Below are positions 49,773 to 63,515 of a stretch of 64,000 nt of DNA, one piece after another. A model generated the notes under the pieces. It ran no database searches. It saw nothing but the letters and a program-made list of their open reading frames with translations, and was not told the origin of the DNA. Source of the stretch: Takakia lepidozioides (taxonomy: Eukaryota; Plantae; Bryophyta); assembly GCA_030704615.1 (NCBI GenBank), contig CM060734.1:62930001-62994000 (forward strand). Direction: 5' to 3'. How positions within the stretch are numbered: position 1 is the first letter of the stretch; each line of letters opens with the position of its first letter. A program made the translations under genes and the position numbers.

Positions 49773-50462
49773 CTACATACTGGCTGAATTGCCACCACGA
49801 AGGCTGGCAGACAGGCTGCTACTAATACGCATTTCTGCCATAGAAAAGGCCAAGTCATCCACGGCAATGCTTTCTATGGTGTTGGTGTGATCAATAACGT
49901 AAACACGCACTGCCGTCATGCCCGGAGACCAAGGGCATTCCATAGCATCGCGTGTATCCGCAAACTGTTTTTTCAAGCGCATCTTGAAAGCTCCCTTAAC
50001 CAGCAAGCTACTCCCAGCCATTTCCATGTAGTTCTTCAGATCCGTGATGCGGTGTTTGCTAAAGTGACCATGTGCATCTTCCTCGACGATCCAGAATGGG
50101 GATACTTCACAAGTCTTCAAGCTCACTTCCAACCATGCGTGCTCACCAGCGAGCCGAGCCTTTCTTGTCTTGTCCAATCTGAACCCATTGTTCTCTGCCA
50201 ATTTTAAAACAACATCCCATATGGCACGGTCGATGTCAATTGTGACATACTCCACTCCGTAAATCGAGGGTGCCACAGTCTTCTGGAGAATGATAACATC
50301 ATGCAGATTCACAACCTCTGCCTCAACTTCTCCTACAACAATGGGAGCCACCAGAGTCCTCTTGCCTGCCCTATGAGTGACGAGAGAGGATGTGATGTCC
50401 TGCACATCATGGATCTTCAGGATGAGGTTTGCTGCATTCTCTCCGCGAAAGAAAGCCATCAT
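49773..50462 (-). CDS. Orphan intronless ORF, 229 aa, function unknown
   Basis: ATG-to-stop open frame with globular-protein-like composition; no motif recognised. Confidence 0.4.
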   Translation of the reverse strand: MMAFFRGENAANLILKIHDVQDITSSLVTHRAGKRTLVAPIVVGEVEAEVVNLHDVIILQKTVAPSIYGVEYVTIDIDRAIWDVVLKLAENNGFRLDKTRKARLAGEHAWLEVSLKTCEVSPFWIVEEDAHGHFSKHRITDLKNYMEMAGSSLLVKGAFKMRLKKQFADTRDAMECPWSPGMTAVRVYVIDHTNTIESIAVDDLAFSMAEMRISSSLSASLRGGNSASM

Positions 50463-52762
50463 AGAAGTAACGGGGATATGGAGTGATACTACTATGTATG
50501 AAGAGGATGTGAGAAAAGTTGGGAAAACAATGATATGCAGACACTACAACGTGCATGAGAACATTGCACGTAAATCCGATCATCCCTATGAACCCTATGA
50601 ATGTTATCATCCCTATTTGCGTCTGCACCATTTATCCCAACATCTTTCATCCAGTCCCTCGTGCCAACTACATTGTTCATGGCCCCAAGAGTCACGTCCT
50701 TCTCAGATGGCAGTTGTGCCCACATCCCTTCTCCCCTCCTCCATACCACGCCGATGCAATAGGCATAGAGATTGGGGCCCTGCCCTGCTACTAACCCCTC
50801 GACACAGGTACGGTGACATGCTTCTTGGAGAATGGTTATGTCTATGTCTGCTACAAGAGTATATGCTCTTAGGACGTCAACGACAATTACCGTTTGGTGC
50901 ACAATTTACAGAATTCCATGACGTTTTTCTGAGCTATGCTGGGGTGAGAGTCTGGATTGTCCTTTCGCATGTAAGATGCCCAATTTGCATGCTGCATTAT
51001 GGAAATCCGAATGGATCGGACCGGACTTCCATCGGTGGACATGTAGAACGTCGTCGTGGAAGTTGGTTTTATGAACATGGGTCATATGGATGCAATGGCA
51101 TGCATAGGGAATGTGAAGGCATGCATATAGGATGGAGGACGATGGCATGCCCATGATGGGAGGCGGGATGGGGATGGGGATGCGGGTGAGGACACGTCTC
51201 ATGTCCCCGCAGCGGGCACATGAGGCGCGGGGAGGCGTGCCGCGCGGTGTGCGGGCGACGGAGGCGGGGGTGGGCGTGGGGTGGTGGGGGGTCCACGCTG
51301 GCTGAACCGGCTCCCTTCGCATTCAACTCCAGGGCCCATCTAATGCTTGGCTTGGGAAAGTGGCAATTGCATGTGGGGCCCATTTGGCGCCTGCATGCAA
51401 GCGCTAGGCTATGGCCCCTGACCCCTGCCACCTTGAAGAGCACTGTAATATCCTTGTTGAAAGTTCGGTAAAATGTGATGAAACCCTGTAAGTTGGGGGC
51501 AGCCCCTCCACTCAAAGTGGGCAGTTACATGCTTTGTGTGGCATGGAAGGCACCTGGGCTAGGGTTTGCCCTTGTGTCTAAATGTTTAAACATCTAGCCT
51601 GCCCAAAATGAAAATTCATGGGACAATGCTTTGACGGAGCAATGAGCCTTTGCGATGAAAATGTGTGGATAGGAATGGTTGGAAATTATGACCAATTAAT
51701 TGTGAAAATATGTGCTTCACACACAATGTTTTGGTAGACGTGTTCTCTTGAATGTTGGTGAGCATTGAAGAACACAATTGGAAAGTGGACCCAACGGGGC
51801 TATGGCCGGGTGATAAGCCACTAGTTTATTGGCATGTCTGCGGTTTAAATCCCTCTCATTTCTCTCTCTACCTTTGGGCTTGGGCTTTGCCCGTGCAAAA
51901 CCAGACCAAGGGTTTATTTTCCACCTCAAGGCACAGTTGTTGGGGTTTGTATTTCCTTGCGGAAAAAAATAAAAAACAAAAAATAAAAAATGCTCTAACA
52001 TGGTAAGAAATAAATGCTTCAAAACTTATATAGTTTCTTCTTCCAACACCTTGTGTTTTGTTTTTAAAAAAAGAACTTATATAGAATAGAAATTGTAATT
52101 GGAAACAATTGTTGAAAGACCTTACTTCAAAACACAACCTTTGGCGGTACATGATGCGACCTACTTGCATTTCTTATGGTGATGCGATTCTCTCTAGAAA
52201 CAATTGGATTCCTAACACGGCGATATGGCTAATGTTGTCTTCGGTGTTATGTTGTGTTTCAATTATGTTTTAATGTTAAGAAGTTGTTTGAATGTCAGTT
52301 TGTTTCAATTGTGATTCGGAGTTGATTCATTTTAAGTTATGATTTGTATGATTTAAGCCTGTTACAATCATAAGACTGAATATCATAGATGTATTTCAAT
52401 TGTGATGCAGTGGAAGTTTAGGCCATGATGATTTTGATGTGACTATGACCAGAGTACAATTCAGTGTGACTAAAGTGGAGAGTAGAAAACCAACCCATCC
52501 AATAGAACGGGTAGAGTGATATGTAATTGGAGTGTTGTTGTTTTTTTTTATTCAATGTTTGTTTTACAATTGAGAAGGAAATCTGAATGTATGTGTGGTC
52601 TATTATTACTCATAGATTTGTATGATTCAGTCATTTGAATATACTTATCCTAGTGACAATAGCAATATAGATACCCTTCTTCTTTGTTGTTATCCCCGTG
52701 TTCGATCCCGATCCACTATGATAGTCTGTATTATCAATGAATTAATGATACAGATAAATAAG

Positions 52763-53671
52763 CTATTCAACATAACCATCCACTAGCTCAATTTGAGATG
52801 CACGGAAGTTTTTTTCATCCAATATTTTTGCAATGATAGCCGAGTACCTCAAACCACTAGGCACATGAATTGGGTTATCAATATCACTCGATGAAGCTTT
52901 GGAAGCTGCTGAGTAGTCTGCATTGGGCAATATGTTCAATGAAAATTTGCTCAAGATCTGAGCAAGATTTTCACCTCCCGTGCCTCCACTCTTAGATTCG
53001 TCGTAGCCATCAGTTGCATCGCCAGCACCTCCACCCGCACCACCCCGTCCAACCGGGCTCCACCAAGATAATCATCTGAAGTGTATCTCAACCCTGACTA
53101 GTAGCTGTGATGAAGCTCTCGGAGCTTCACGATCGATCTCTGCAAGAGGGAGAAAAACACCTCCAAGGGTTTCTATGTCAAAAGGTACCTCAACAAAGTA
53201 AGACTGAGCCGGTTCAGATCTAGATGTGGCATCCCCCGCTTGAACCACCATAACTTTGATAGCATGGGTACAATTCATGTAGCCAGGTTTCTGGGCAAAG
53301 ACATCACGAGGAGCAGGGACAAACACCTTTGTGATCTGCTTAGAAAAACTTACACTTCCACAGAAATGTACATACATATGAGGCTGCTGTGGATTGTTGG
53401 TGCCGATCAACACCACGACGATCTTCGTAGTTGGCTCCCAAGAAAGTACTATGTCAAACCGTCGACGAATCGATCTGATGTTAGAGAGATTACTCCTTTG
53501 GGAATCGGACATGCGCCAAGCTACATCCAATGGAGGGATCAAAATCGGCGATCCATCGTTCAGGACCGAAGTAAACTCCAACAACTTCAAACTTATTAAA
53601 AATGTGTCACTATTATGTATGATATCCATTTCAAGTGCATTGAAGTGTATATGTGTCATAATGTATTCCAA
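52763..53671 (-). pseudogene. Orphan ORF (~300 aa, one internal stop at 53072-53074), function unknown
   Basis: ORFs 53072-53671 and 52763-52954 are in the same frame and joined through a Gly-rich linker (GAGGGAGDATDG), in a locally GC-richer patch within AT-rich DNA. Confidence 0.35.
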
Positions 53672-54795
53672 ATAACAACACTCGATTAGGAATAGATCCT
53701 TGAAAAGAAAAAAACAAGAATTTTAGTCTCTTTTGAGAGCCGGCGTGAATTGTTGGTTTATCCATTATCATGTATCCATGTCCCCATGACATATACAGGG
53801 TCGTACAAATCCGATCCTATGTTTGAATCATTTTCATTTGGAAAATCATAGCATGGGCATGATTGAACAAACCCTAATACAACAAATACACAAGTTGTTC
53901 TATGCAACATATTACACAATCCTGAAAAGGTTGGAAGCAAAAGGCAATTACAATGTAACCTCAATGTAAGAATAAATGGATTTCAAAGTTGGTCACCCGA
54001 TTTTGCTCATTTGCTTTGGAATCTACTCAAAGTTCGTTAATGCCTCCTTTTTCAAGCCACAACCACTCCAACATGTCTTGGTATGTTTGAATACACCGTC
54101 TAAGATCCATCTCCATCAAAGTTGTAAAAGGTTTGCATACATATGCTTCAAATGGAAAATTAATCGTGAGCATCTAATGAGAGCAGTTGAAAGTGTATAC
54201 TTTGTTCTGAGCATCTATGGCTCGAGTATGAATGTTATGATATAGATTTCAATTTACATGACTAAATCTTACAAAATTTTCAGAGTCTATGTGAAGACCA
54301 GATCTCTCAAAACCACAAAACGTGAGGATGTCACCTCTTTGCCACAAAACCACAATATCAAAAGCCAAAACATCGCTTCACCACCCCATAATTGAATATT
54401 ATCTGAGCCTCTTGATTGCAAGTCTTCTTCAACAATGGATAACGCCACATGAGATCCATAGAAGAATATAATAAGCATAAAAAAATATGAATTCATATGA
54501 CATTTGGAGCCTTTTTGATGGAAACAAAGGCATGCAACCTCATTGGCTATTGTTGACATCCCATAGGTAGCATCATAAACCATTTTTTCATTTCACGGCC
54601 TTGGCATTTGAATTATTTTAAAAATTTACTAATATCCAATGTTCATTGTCTTTGAATAAAAAAGTCATGAGATGGGTTTCTTTTACTTCAACTATTGTCG
54701 TAATAATATTGATGTATGGTGCATCTAACTATGTCAACTGCTCAAGTTTTGTTAGCGTGTACATGAAAATATACCAGTGATGTTGATCGCAAAAG

Positions 54796-55384
54796 ATGTT
54801 GACGAAGCAGTGGATGGCGAAAAACCAAGGGATGATAGAGTTTAATTCACGGGACAACACCATTTCCCTGAAGGTGGCAACCTTGCAGGACTATATACTC
54901 TACGCTAGGACAGTGTTGAAACACCTTCGTGTATTCATGAACAACTTTTACGTGGTGAGTAAGAGAATGAGGAAGCTTTGGTGGGCGACATGCATAAAGA
55001 CAGAGCGTGTCTATGCCACAATAGTCAAGGAGGTGATTGCCTGTGACCCTACGACGGTCGTCGCCTTTGGCGATGCCTCTTTTGCACACAACAGCCCAGG
55101 GACGGAGTCAACCCCAACTTTTAAGTTGCAAAAGAAGATCCGAGATAAAGCTGGGCAGTTTGTGATGGTGGACGAGTTCAAGACGAGCCAATTGTGTTGC
55201 GCTTGCGAGGAAAGGATGAAAAGCATGCTTATGTGTCGATTTCCAAGGAAACACGGGGCGTCGCAGTTCGTACTCAGTCCGACTTTGTCCCAACATAATA
55301 TGTTCTCGGACGATTTGGAACCGGGACGTGAATGGCGCAATCAATATGACCTTGATGCATGTGTGGACAAACTTACTGCAATAG
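54796..55384 (+). pseudogene. 5'-truncated Fanzor1/TnpB-like RNA-guided nuclease remnant (RuvC-II, zinc finger, RuvC-III)
   Basis: RMRKLWWATCIKTER, VVAFGDASF and MVDEFKTSQLCCAC in one frame; after a +1 frameshift, SYSVRLCPNIICSRTIWNRDVNGAINM (WNRD at 55316-55327), stop 55382-55384. No RuvC-I (DPG-type) motif found upstream. Confidence 0.85.
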
Positions 55385-57514
55385 TGACTAATATTTTTGT
55401 TTAACATAAAAATGTGAAATTTAAAGAATTGTGTGCAGACTACTAACAAATATTTGGTTGAGGTTAGATCTATAAAATGTTTGTACCTTCCATAAAACTT
55501 GACCCTCCGATCCAATAGAAATTTGAAATGATTTCTATCAATTGCATCTCAAACAGTACTCAAACAACTATAATTTGAAGAAGTTTGAACTCTCTTCTTA
55601 AATCCATGTACTAGACAAAGGCGACTCTCCTCTTTTAGAGACTCTTTTAGAGATGATGAGACGTTTGATAAAGGCTACTGTTTGTTAAAGAGATATTAGG
55701 TGGCAATTCTGAATTTCCTTACAAATGTTTGAAGCGTTGGATTTTGGTTGGCAGCTTAGGGTTCAATTATACAAGAGTTCTTAGTTGGTCATACTCTAAG
55801 ACCATTATAGAGGGCCAACACACAGTCGACGACCATTTTAATGAGTTTGAGATCATATGTACAATTCATATCTAATTATGGATGAAATGTAGATATTATA
55901 TCTGGCTCTGGTCTTAAGGAAAAATATCACTGGAAACCCTTTGTGTAGTCCCTGTTTCCAAAAATTCAAAAGAAAAAGAAAACGCTTTGCATGGTCTTGC
56001 CTGGGGCATGTAAATCCAACAAATGCATGGTATACATATGAGCCCTACGCTATCTAGTTATAGGTTGTCTTTGAAATAGCAAGGAGTGAGTAGTGAAGGG
56101 CCTCAAATACACCAAAATGATGGTTGTGGATCGTCCAAAGAATTAGTCTCTTCCACCACGCTATGCCAACGATAGGGGCCGACACTGCAAATGACTTGCT
56201 TTTGTCTCTCCCCCAAAACTACTCCATAGGGAATGTCCAAGATTGAAGGCACAAATTGTCAAGAGAATGGTGTCATATTTTGTGCATGTGTTCCACCACT
56301 TGACAACACACCCTGTCAATTCATCCTTTTTTAATCTATTTCATTAAGTATCAAATGTATTTCATCCAAAAAAAATTGGTCCCATGAAAAGCTGGTCCCC
56401 TGACAACCTCGAAAAACCCTTGAAGTAACTTGCTTGAGGACAGGGCCAATAAACAAGTTATGGCTTTTGTTTGGGAAAAACAGCACATTATAATTTAAAA
56501 AAGAGAAAATAAATGTAAGATTCTTTCCCCTACAATAACTCAGATAAAGCTATATTGGGATAACCCCTGCCTCTAGAGCTAGATCCTGAACCTGATCTTT
56601 TCTTTCGGGAGGGGGCACCACGGGACGCCATTGGCAGTAGATAGAGGTGTGGTCGCAGATGAGGAGGGCGGGGTACAAGAAGGAACGGCGATAGAGAGGG
56701 CGAGGAATCACCTTCGTATAAAAGAGAGGAGCTAAGTGCAGAAGCGAGCCAAAGGGCGGGGCGTCAGACGGTAGAATGATGTGGGAGGAGCGCCAGGCCG
56801 CCGGAGGTAAAGAACCTGTGGCCTCTGACGGGGGCGAATTCGGCGGGCAATGAAGGGAAGTCCAGAACTTCTGCGAGGTGGGAGGGAGGGGAGCGGCAGA
56901 TTAATGACTACAGAGCGCTGCAGGCCATCAGGAGTCGCTGGGGTGGCAAGCTCTGGGAGCGGGATCTTCTTTGAATAGAGGGGAGCTGCCAGTAGTGAAT
57001 ACAGGCGGGGAGTAACGCAGCAGGGGCGAAGACGGGGGCTTCCTCCCATTTCACCTAAAAAAAGAAGAAAAGAAAAGAAATGTAAGAGCAGTGTGGCAAT
57101 TTGGAGCAGTGAAAGTTGCAGTGACCGGACAAGTACACAATCTTGTGGGCGTAGAATTGGCATAAAAGTAGCAGTCCGTAGTGGGAGGGGATGAATGTGG
57201 GACGGATGAAGAGGTAGGGGGGCATGCAGTTGCCCTAGCTGTGGATGGTGCGCAGGAGAGCCGTAGATGGGAGACTCCCGCGCTTTGTCGCTGCCGTCGT
57301 TAGGGTCTGGCGGGCTGCCTCGCTGCATCGTCTGCTCGCTCCTGGTCCTCTCAGTTACCCCAACACTGGGCCTGCTTCCAATTTTCTGGGGCCTGTCGTT
57401 TGTCTCGTCTGGAATTGCATGGGAAACAGCAAAAGCAGAGACTTGAGATTGCGCTTCTGAGCTGTCGGTTCCTGGCCGGTGCAGTGTGCAGGTTTTGGGG
57501 TACCGGTAGGCACC

Positions 57515-60500
57515 ATGATGGACAAGGGTAAGAGAGCAAAGGTGGAGGAAGAGGAAGGCTCCGAACTGGATGCCGAACTGGTGATGGCCATAGAAAAGTT
57601 GCAAGAAGTGCAAGATGAACTGGAACGGGTAAGTTCTGGGAGACTCTTGTGTTGCATACGGGCACAAGCTTTCAATGTCGAAAGACCTCATTTTTATCCT
57701 CTACTTCCAAGGGCTGGTCTTCTCCTCAACTTATGTTCCCCTTCTCGAAAACCCAATCTCCCTTTTGCAGGGTTTAGTTCATATTAGAGCATTGGGGCGT
57801 TTAGGCCAGCAAACATGGGTATTTTTTAACTGTTGCTGATCGGGGACCTAGAGAAAGGGCAAAAGTCTGCAAGCTTTTGCTGAAGAAACAGGGATGCTAA
57901 TGCTGTGTAGCATTGGCGCTCTATCATGGAAGGTTGGCGGTATCGACGACGTTTAACAATTCACATGATGGAGTTCTGAGAAGTGTGGCGTACCTCTTTA
58001 TCGTCTCGGGGTAGATTTTGTTTTGGGATGTCAGCATTATAACGTCATTTTCTGGAGTTTGAAGGTATTATTTTTGGAATGATACCTCTTTGACCGCAAG
58101 CTATTAAATTGGTGTTTCCTTAACAGCTTGTTAGCCTGGGCCTGATAAAGTTTTAGGTCGAGGCTCCTCAATCCCTTCTGGATTATGTTATGCAATAATA
58201 ACAAGCAACTTCGTGATGAGCTTTTGATTTCCAAAGAACAGAAACCACCATGGTGAAAAGTCCTTGGAAGATATATTATGATGTATGATGGGAATCTGGT
58301 GGAAGAATAAAAGCTGAAGTGGTCTTAAATATATCCAAAGAAACCTATGTTTGGTGTCTGAAGTGGAGCAGTCAACTGAAATGCAGGTGTCACATTGACT
58401 TATGTTTGTTTCATAGGTTATCCCTGTTTAAGGCCTGAATCAGCGGATCTCTCTTAGCTTTTTTTTAGCTTGAAGATTAAGGTATTGAGCTAGCATTGTG
58501 GACATGGTTTAGGCTATGTCTTTCTTTTCTGTTGGGTAGACCAAGCTGCCATTAACTTGTGCTCAGAAGCTTGGGATGTTGGAATAGAGCCTTATGATGG
58601 GTTGGCCGAGCAGGTGAATGAGGAGGCCAGCGATAAGGTGCTGGAGGTGGAGCAGAAATACAATGAAATTCGACGGCCGGTCTACAATAAGCGAAACGAA
58701 ATCATCCATAATATTCCGGATTTTTGGCTAACTGCTGTATGTGTGTTATGTTTCCCTTGAGAAGCTCAGGAGGCTCAATGTCATGAGAAGACTATGTGTA
58801 CTATGTAATTATTTTGAAAAAAATGATTTTACAGTTGCCCTGCATGGACATTCGCCAACATTGAGTTTGGCTCTTAGATTATTCTTGGTGTATTGCCGAG
58901 TTATGTCTTTATTATCTTGTGTGTGGATTGCAGTTTCTCAGTCATCCAGTGCTGAGTGATCTGCTGACTGAAGAAGACCAAAAGGCAAGCTCTATCTCAT
59001 CTTCTCCTATCCATCCCCCTATAAGTGCTGTACTCTGGTGTATGTCTGTTGAAAACCTCTGTTTGGTCCATATATGGAGCTTGAGATGGTAAGGTGAAGC
59101 TTAGCTGCCTCATCAGGCTGGATCACGCGATTGTGCCTTCGAATATGTACCTCTAAGCAGCCTTCTTGATGGGTGATGGGGGCAGGTGTTTAAGTTTTTG
59201 GAGTCGTTGGATGTAGAGGACTTCAAGGATGTGAAGTCTGGCTACAGCATCAGCTTTGTCAGTGTCTTCCTGCCTTAATCTGTTTTGTCAATTTCTGTAG
59301 TGTGTTGAAAGAGACATGTTAAGGGGAAGTGCATGTACTTTCTGGCAGTTTTGATTCAGTGCTATATGGGAGGGTAGGACCGTTGGAAAGTGATTGAAAG
59401 TAGATGCGGGTGTGCAGACCTTTCGGCCCAATCCATACTTTGAAGACCCAAAATTGACGAAAATATTCCGGTTTTCTGATGAGGGTACTACGTCTGTGTC
59501 GGGTACTCAGCCACATTGGAAGGATGGAATGGTAAGATGCTCCTGGCTGCCCGATCTGGTTGCATTCATTGCATTGTACCTCTTCATCATCTTCAGTACA
59601 TCCCTTGAATTATATTTGGTTGATTGTCAGCCTGCTGTGTGCCTGGACCTTCTTGTGTTGCACATAGTATATATCCTGCAAGTGTGTGACCTGAGCTTTA
59701 GATAATTAGCTCCATGGGACTTGGATCAGTGGCCATACTGCACGATGCTTTCTTTCACTGTATTGGAACTGTCTGATTCAGTCTCTTTATAGCATTGGAA
59801 GTTCGTAAAAGTTGTAGGCAATTGGCAAACAGCCTGATGATGTGGCATCTGGCAGGATCTGACTAATGGCGTGTTGCCAGTGAAAGAAGGCCACAAGAGG
59901 GCCCATGCTGAGGACAGGTTGGCATCTTTGCTGCAAGAAATGTTACTCTTTAGTTTTTCATCATACTGGCATAAACTCTTTCTGTCACTCTTGATTATTA
60001 TAGACTAAACTTTTAATCCTTATGTTCTAAGGTGGTTTGTGTGCATGTGAGATTGTGTATACTTTTTCCAACTAAGTATAGGTACTGTATAGGCTATGTT
60101 AGTGTTAAAAGCATGCAAATAAATGCACGTTCTAATTCCTTCCAACTTTGGGATGACATGCACATCTGTCTTGTGGTACTTGAAATGACTGTACTGCAGC
60201 TTTTTCAAGTGGTTCTCAGACACCCAGCAGAAGGAGTCTTTGGATGGCATCCAAGATGAGGTTGTGGGCCTTCTTTTTCCTCATAAGATATTACCGTAGT
60301 ATGATAAACGTGTATTTCACTTTTTGCCGATTCAGTGGTAGTCATACCTGTAACTTACTGCATCTTGGTCTTATTAGGAGGAAGTGTTTGGCCTATGCTG
60401 CTTAGCCGCTGTAAAGAGGCAGATCCGTGCACCTGGATGTGGGTATGGCGGTGGCTCAAAGGGCAAAGGATGCTGCTGTTTGAATTCCAGGTGGCAGAGG

Positions 60501-61407
60501 TGATCAAGGATGACCTATGGCCCAACCCTCTCAAGTATTTCAACAATGTAAGTGCCCTGCCACATATGCAGTTTGGTAGTCTTCAGCCTTTGCACACTGG
60601 AAAAGACTTTGCAAGTTATGGATTAGTGTCAGTCTGAAGTGAGGGAGTTGTTAATGCAGGAGCAAGATGAGGATGAATATGAAGATGAGGATGCAGACGA
60701 TGACGACGATGACACGGTAACCCCTGGGCTCCCCCTTCGTGACTGGATAAGAAAAAGCTGTAGAAGAGCCAGGTTATTGTGAGGTTCTTGGGGTTCCAGC
60801 TTTTTGTCAAGGGAAGCAATTTTCAATTTTCATGGTCTGGGGTTTATGTTGGCATGGTCTTCATTTTGAGTTGTTTTGGATCTGCGTTTGACTCTCTGCT
60901 GTATGAAGCCTTTGTAAACCCTTAGCACTAAAGAGTATGACCGACAGCATGGAGCGGTGTTCTGCTCACAACAACAGCATGTGCAATCTTGAATTCAAAC
61001 TCCTCATTTCTAAACTTGCGAATTCTGTTGGGTTCTTGGCTGCCGGCTTTGGCTGTCCTAGTCCATCCCAATATCATAGACTCGAGGTAACCTGAAAAGC
61101 CCTTTCCGTCGTGCTAGGGGATCGAGTGGTTGGCTTCCACTTCTCCCTTTGCTTACATCCTCTTTGTGCTTGCAAACCCAGCTACATGTATCCTATGTCG
61201 TATTGTGTAGCAGAGTTGCAAGTGGATGTTATTGAAATGTGCAAGTAGTTTCCGTGGCTTCCATGCATTGTAAATTGTTCAGTCTCTGAGGTGGTATAGG
61301 AGTTTTGAGTGGGAGTGGGGAGTGATTTGTGTTAGGGCAAGGGTGCGGATGGCTTCGATGATGAGGATGACGAGCCTGATGAGGATGACGAAGATGATGA
61401 CAGTTGA
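57515..61407 (+). CDS. NRP1: NAP1-related protein (SET/NRP histone chaperone), 10 exons, 260 aa
   Basis: Exons 57515-57628, 58614-58736, 58934-58984, 59186-59257, 59418-59531, 59856-59917, 60200-60260, 60491-60547, 60660-60716 and 61336-61407 splice in frame (783 nt). Motifs: [77 protein letters not shown] and an acidic tail. NRP1 vs NRP2 cannot be resolved by eye. Confidence 0.95.
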
Positions 61408-63099
61408 ATGCAGCATGGAGCTGTATGGCTGCAATACTTAGTTGCTACAGTGAGTTTTTTGCTAGAAGACAGCCACCAGTGTATGATGTCCTTGGGGGAG
61501 GGCTTGTGTTTGTAGAAGCACAGACTCTGCCACCCTGCAGTTTAGCCAGCTACCCGGCGCCCAGGGATCAATTTTTCTGCCTTCTCATTCAACTGTACCT
61601 CAGGCTGTATTCAGGCGTCATTCTCCAGGAAGGCAGGGCATGTTGAGGGTGTGGTGAAAGGCTTCGTAATTGGAAAGATGGGTACACCACCACCAGAGAT
61701 AGAATGGGTGCTGGTTCTCCGATTTAGTTATCAGGTGGACAAGCTCAACAGTTCGGAAACCTATGTCTCTGTATTGGGGTGTTCCTGTGACAGTAAGTGT
61801 ATCTGTTGAAGATTAATTCCACTGTTCAGTTGTGTCCTTCTGGATGGTGTGTCATAATAGCAGGCACGGGTGAATCTTAGAACTCGTTTTAGCAGGATGT
61901 GGGTGGTTTTACTCCGGCTGTTAAATTTGGATGTGCAAGCAGTCATTCAGCTTTGCACAGCCCTTTCAACTGTACATCTTGCTGTATGTATGTGAATCTG
62001 CAGGCTGGCATCTTTTATTCATTGTCCATATCAAGTCTTCACACAAGTGACTGATGCGCATTTTACTTGGAGTCCAGTGTCTTTTTCACTTCCCTTACCA
62101 CCCTGGTAATTTGCAGAGCCTACCACACTCTGCATGGCCCACAAGGGGCCAAGTGGCAGTTATTCGAATTGTTCTGCTTTGGAAATTTGAGAACTTGGTC
62201 CTATTCTATGAAAATGGGTCAGTGCAGTTGGGTGAGTCTAGGTCCATGGTTTTATCCATGAGCCCAAGGCACTGAGATATGGTAGCTTTGCTTCTTTCAC
62301 TCTTGTGGATAATTGGTAATGTTGTGCACAGTGCCCTCTTCTGTACAAACATGAATGGCATAGCTATGTTCTTGCAGGGGGGGATCATTACAGCATGCCA
62401 TAACTTGTCAATGACACCCGTCTGATTGGCATTTGAAAGACACTGTTGATTAGTTTCACAGAAATGTGATTTGATCATGGAAGTAATCTTAGCAGTCAGC
62501 TACAATATACAACACTTAATATGTGAACTAGATTCAGTGTATTAGATAGATGTCCGTGATTCTGGTGAGAGAAAGAAATGAGAATGACCCATACTGTAAT
62601 CCCTGATCACCCCTGTCTCTCTTTCCTCTCCTTTCTCTAAGACACACCTCATCAGCTGTTAGTATTTCCAAACAGAGAGTCAACCAAGAAGGCCCTATAC
62701 TAGTGAGCGCAAAGACTGTCACTCAGGAATACAATGTCCAGATAATGACATTAAGAACTTGCTCTCTGGAGTACAAAGGTAGTTCTCTTTTCCTCTTTTT
62801 GTTCCTTGTTTCTGGTGGAAGTGGACAGGCAAGCCTCTAGAAACACTCAAACCAACACCATTCTTTGTAGATAAGGATTTAGTACCTTAAGGTGAGCAGA
62901 AGCTTCTTCTCTCAGTGAACACCCTAGTAGTTTCAACTACAAATCAGCACCATGTTTCCCCCATGGAATTTCAGCAGGTCCCTGCATCACCACCAAAGTC
63001 AACGTCATAACAAGCAGCTCCGCCCACAAGAGGCTCTGTCCTGTGATTTTGTTGATTTTGTGGTTGTTGTTTTATACTTTTTCTAGGGCTTCATGAATC

Positions 63100-63355
63100 A
63101 TTCCCATCAACCCTCCATAGACTAGGCTTAATGGATAAGCCTAGTTCTCTCCCTAAAGATGTCTCCACAATGCCTTTATCCCTTGCGGGTCCCATCAACC
63201 CTCTAAAGACTAGGCTCTCTCTCCCTCGGTCCCATATCCCATCAACCTTCTAAAGACTAGGCTCTCTCTCTCTCTCTAGGCTTAATGGATAAGCCTAGTT
63301 CTCCATTCTCCGCCTAGGCAAGAAGTCTCCACAATGCCTCTATCCCTTGCGGGAC
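63100..63355 (+). repeat. Local duplications containing the hairpin CTAGGCTTA-atgga-TAAGCCTAG
   Basis: cccatcaacc..agactaggct at about 63104, 63191 and 63238; hairpin at 63121-63145 and about 63276-63299. Confidence 0.7.
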
Positions 63356-63515
63356 AGAGCCAATAATGAAAAGAAGGGCCACCGAAGACGAAAGACGAGC
63401 CCCACACCAACCTACATTATCCACCAATATAGTATGAGCCTCAAATGTGGAAAATACAGTTGCACGTGATTATGTTGTGATGTAAGTAAAGCGACCGCAA
63501 AATTGGCGATCGCTT

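Noticed and set aside
56732-57691. 319-aa minus-strand ORF
   Set aside because: Overlaps NRP exon 1 and its GC-rich 5' region in antisense; low-complexity, with no domain.
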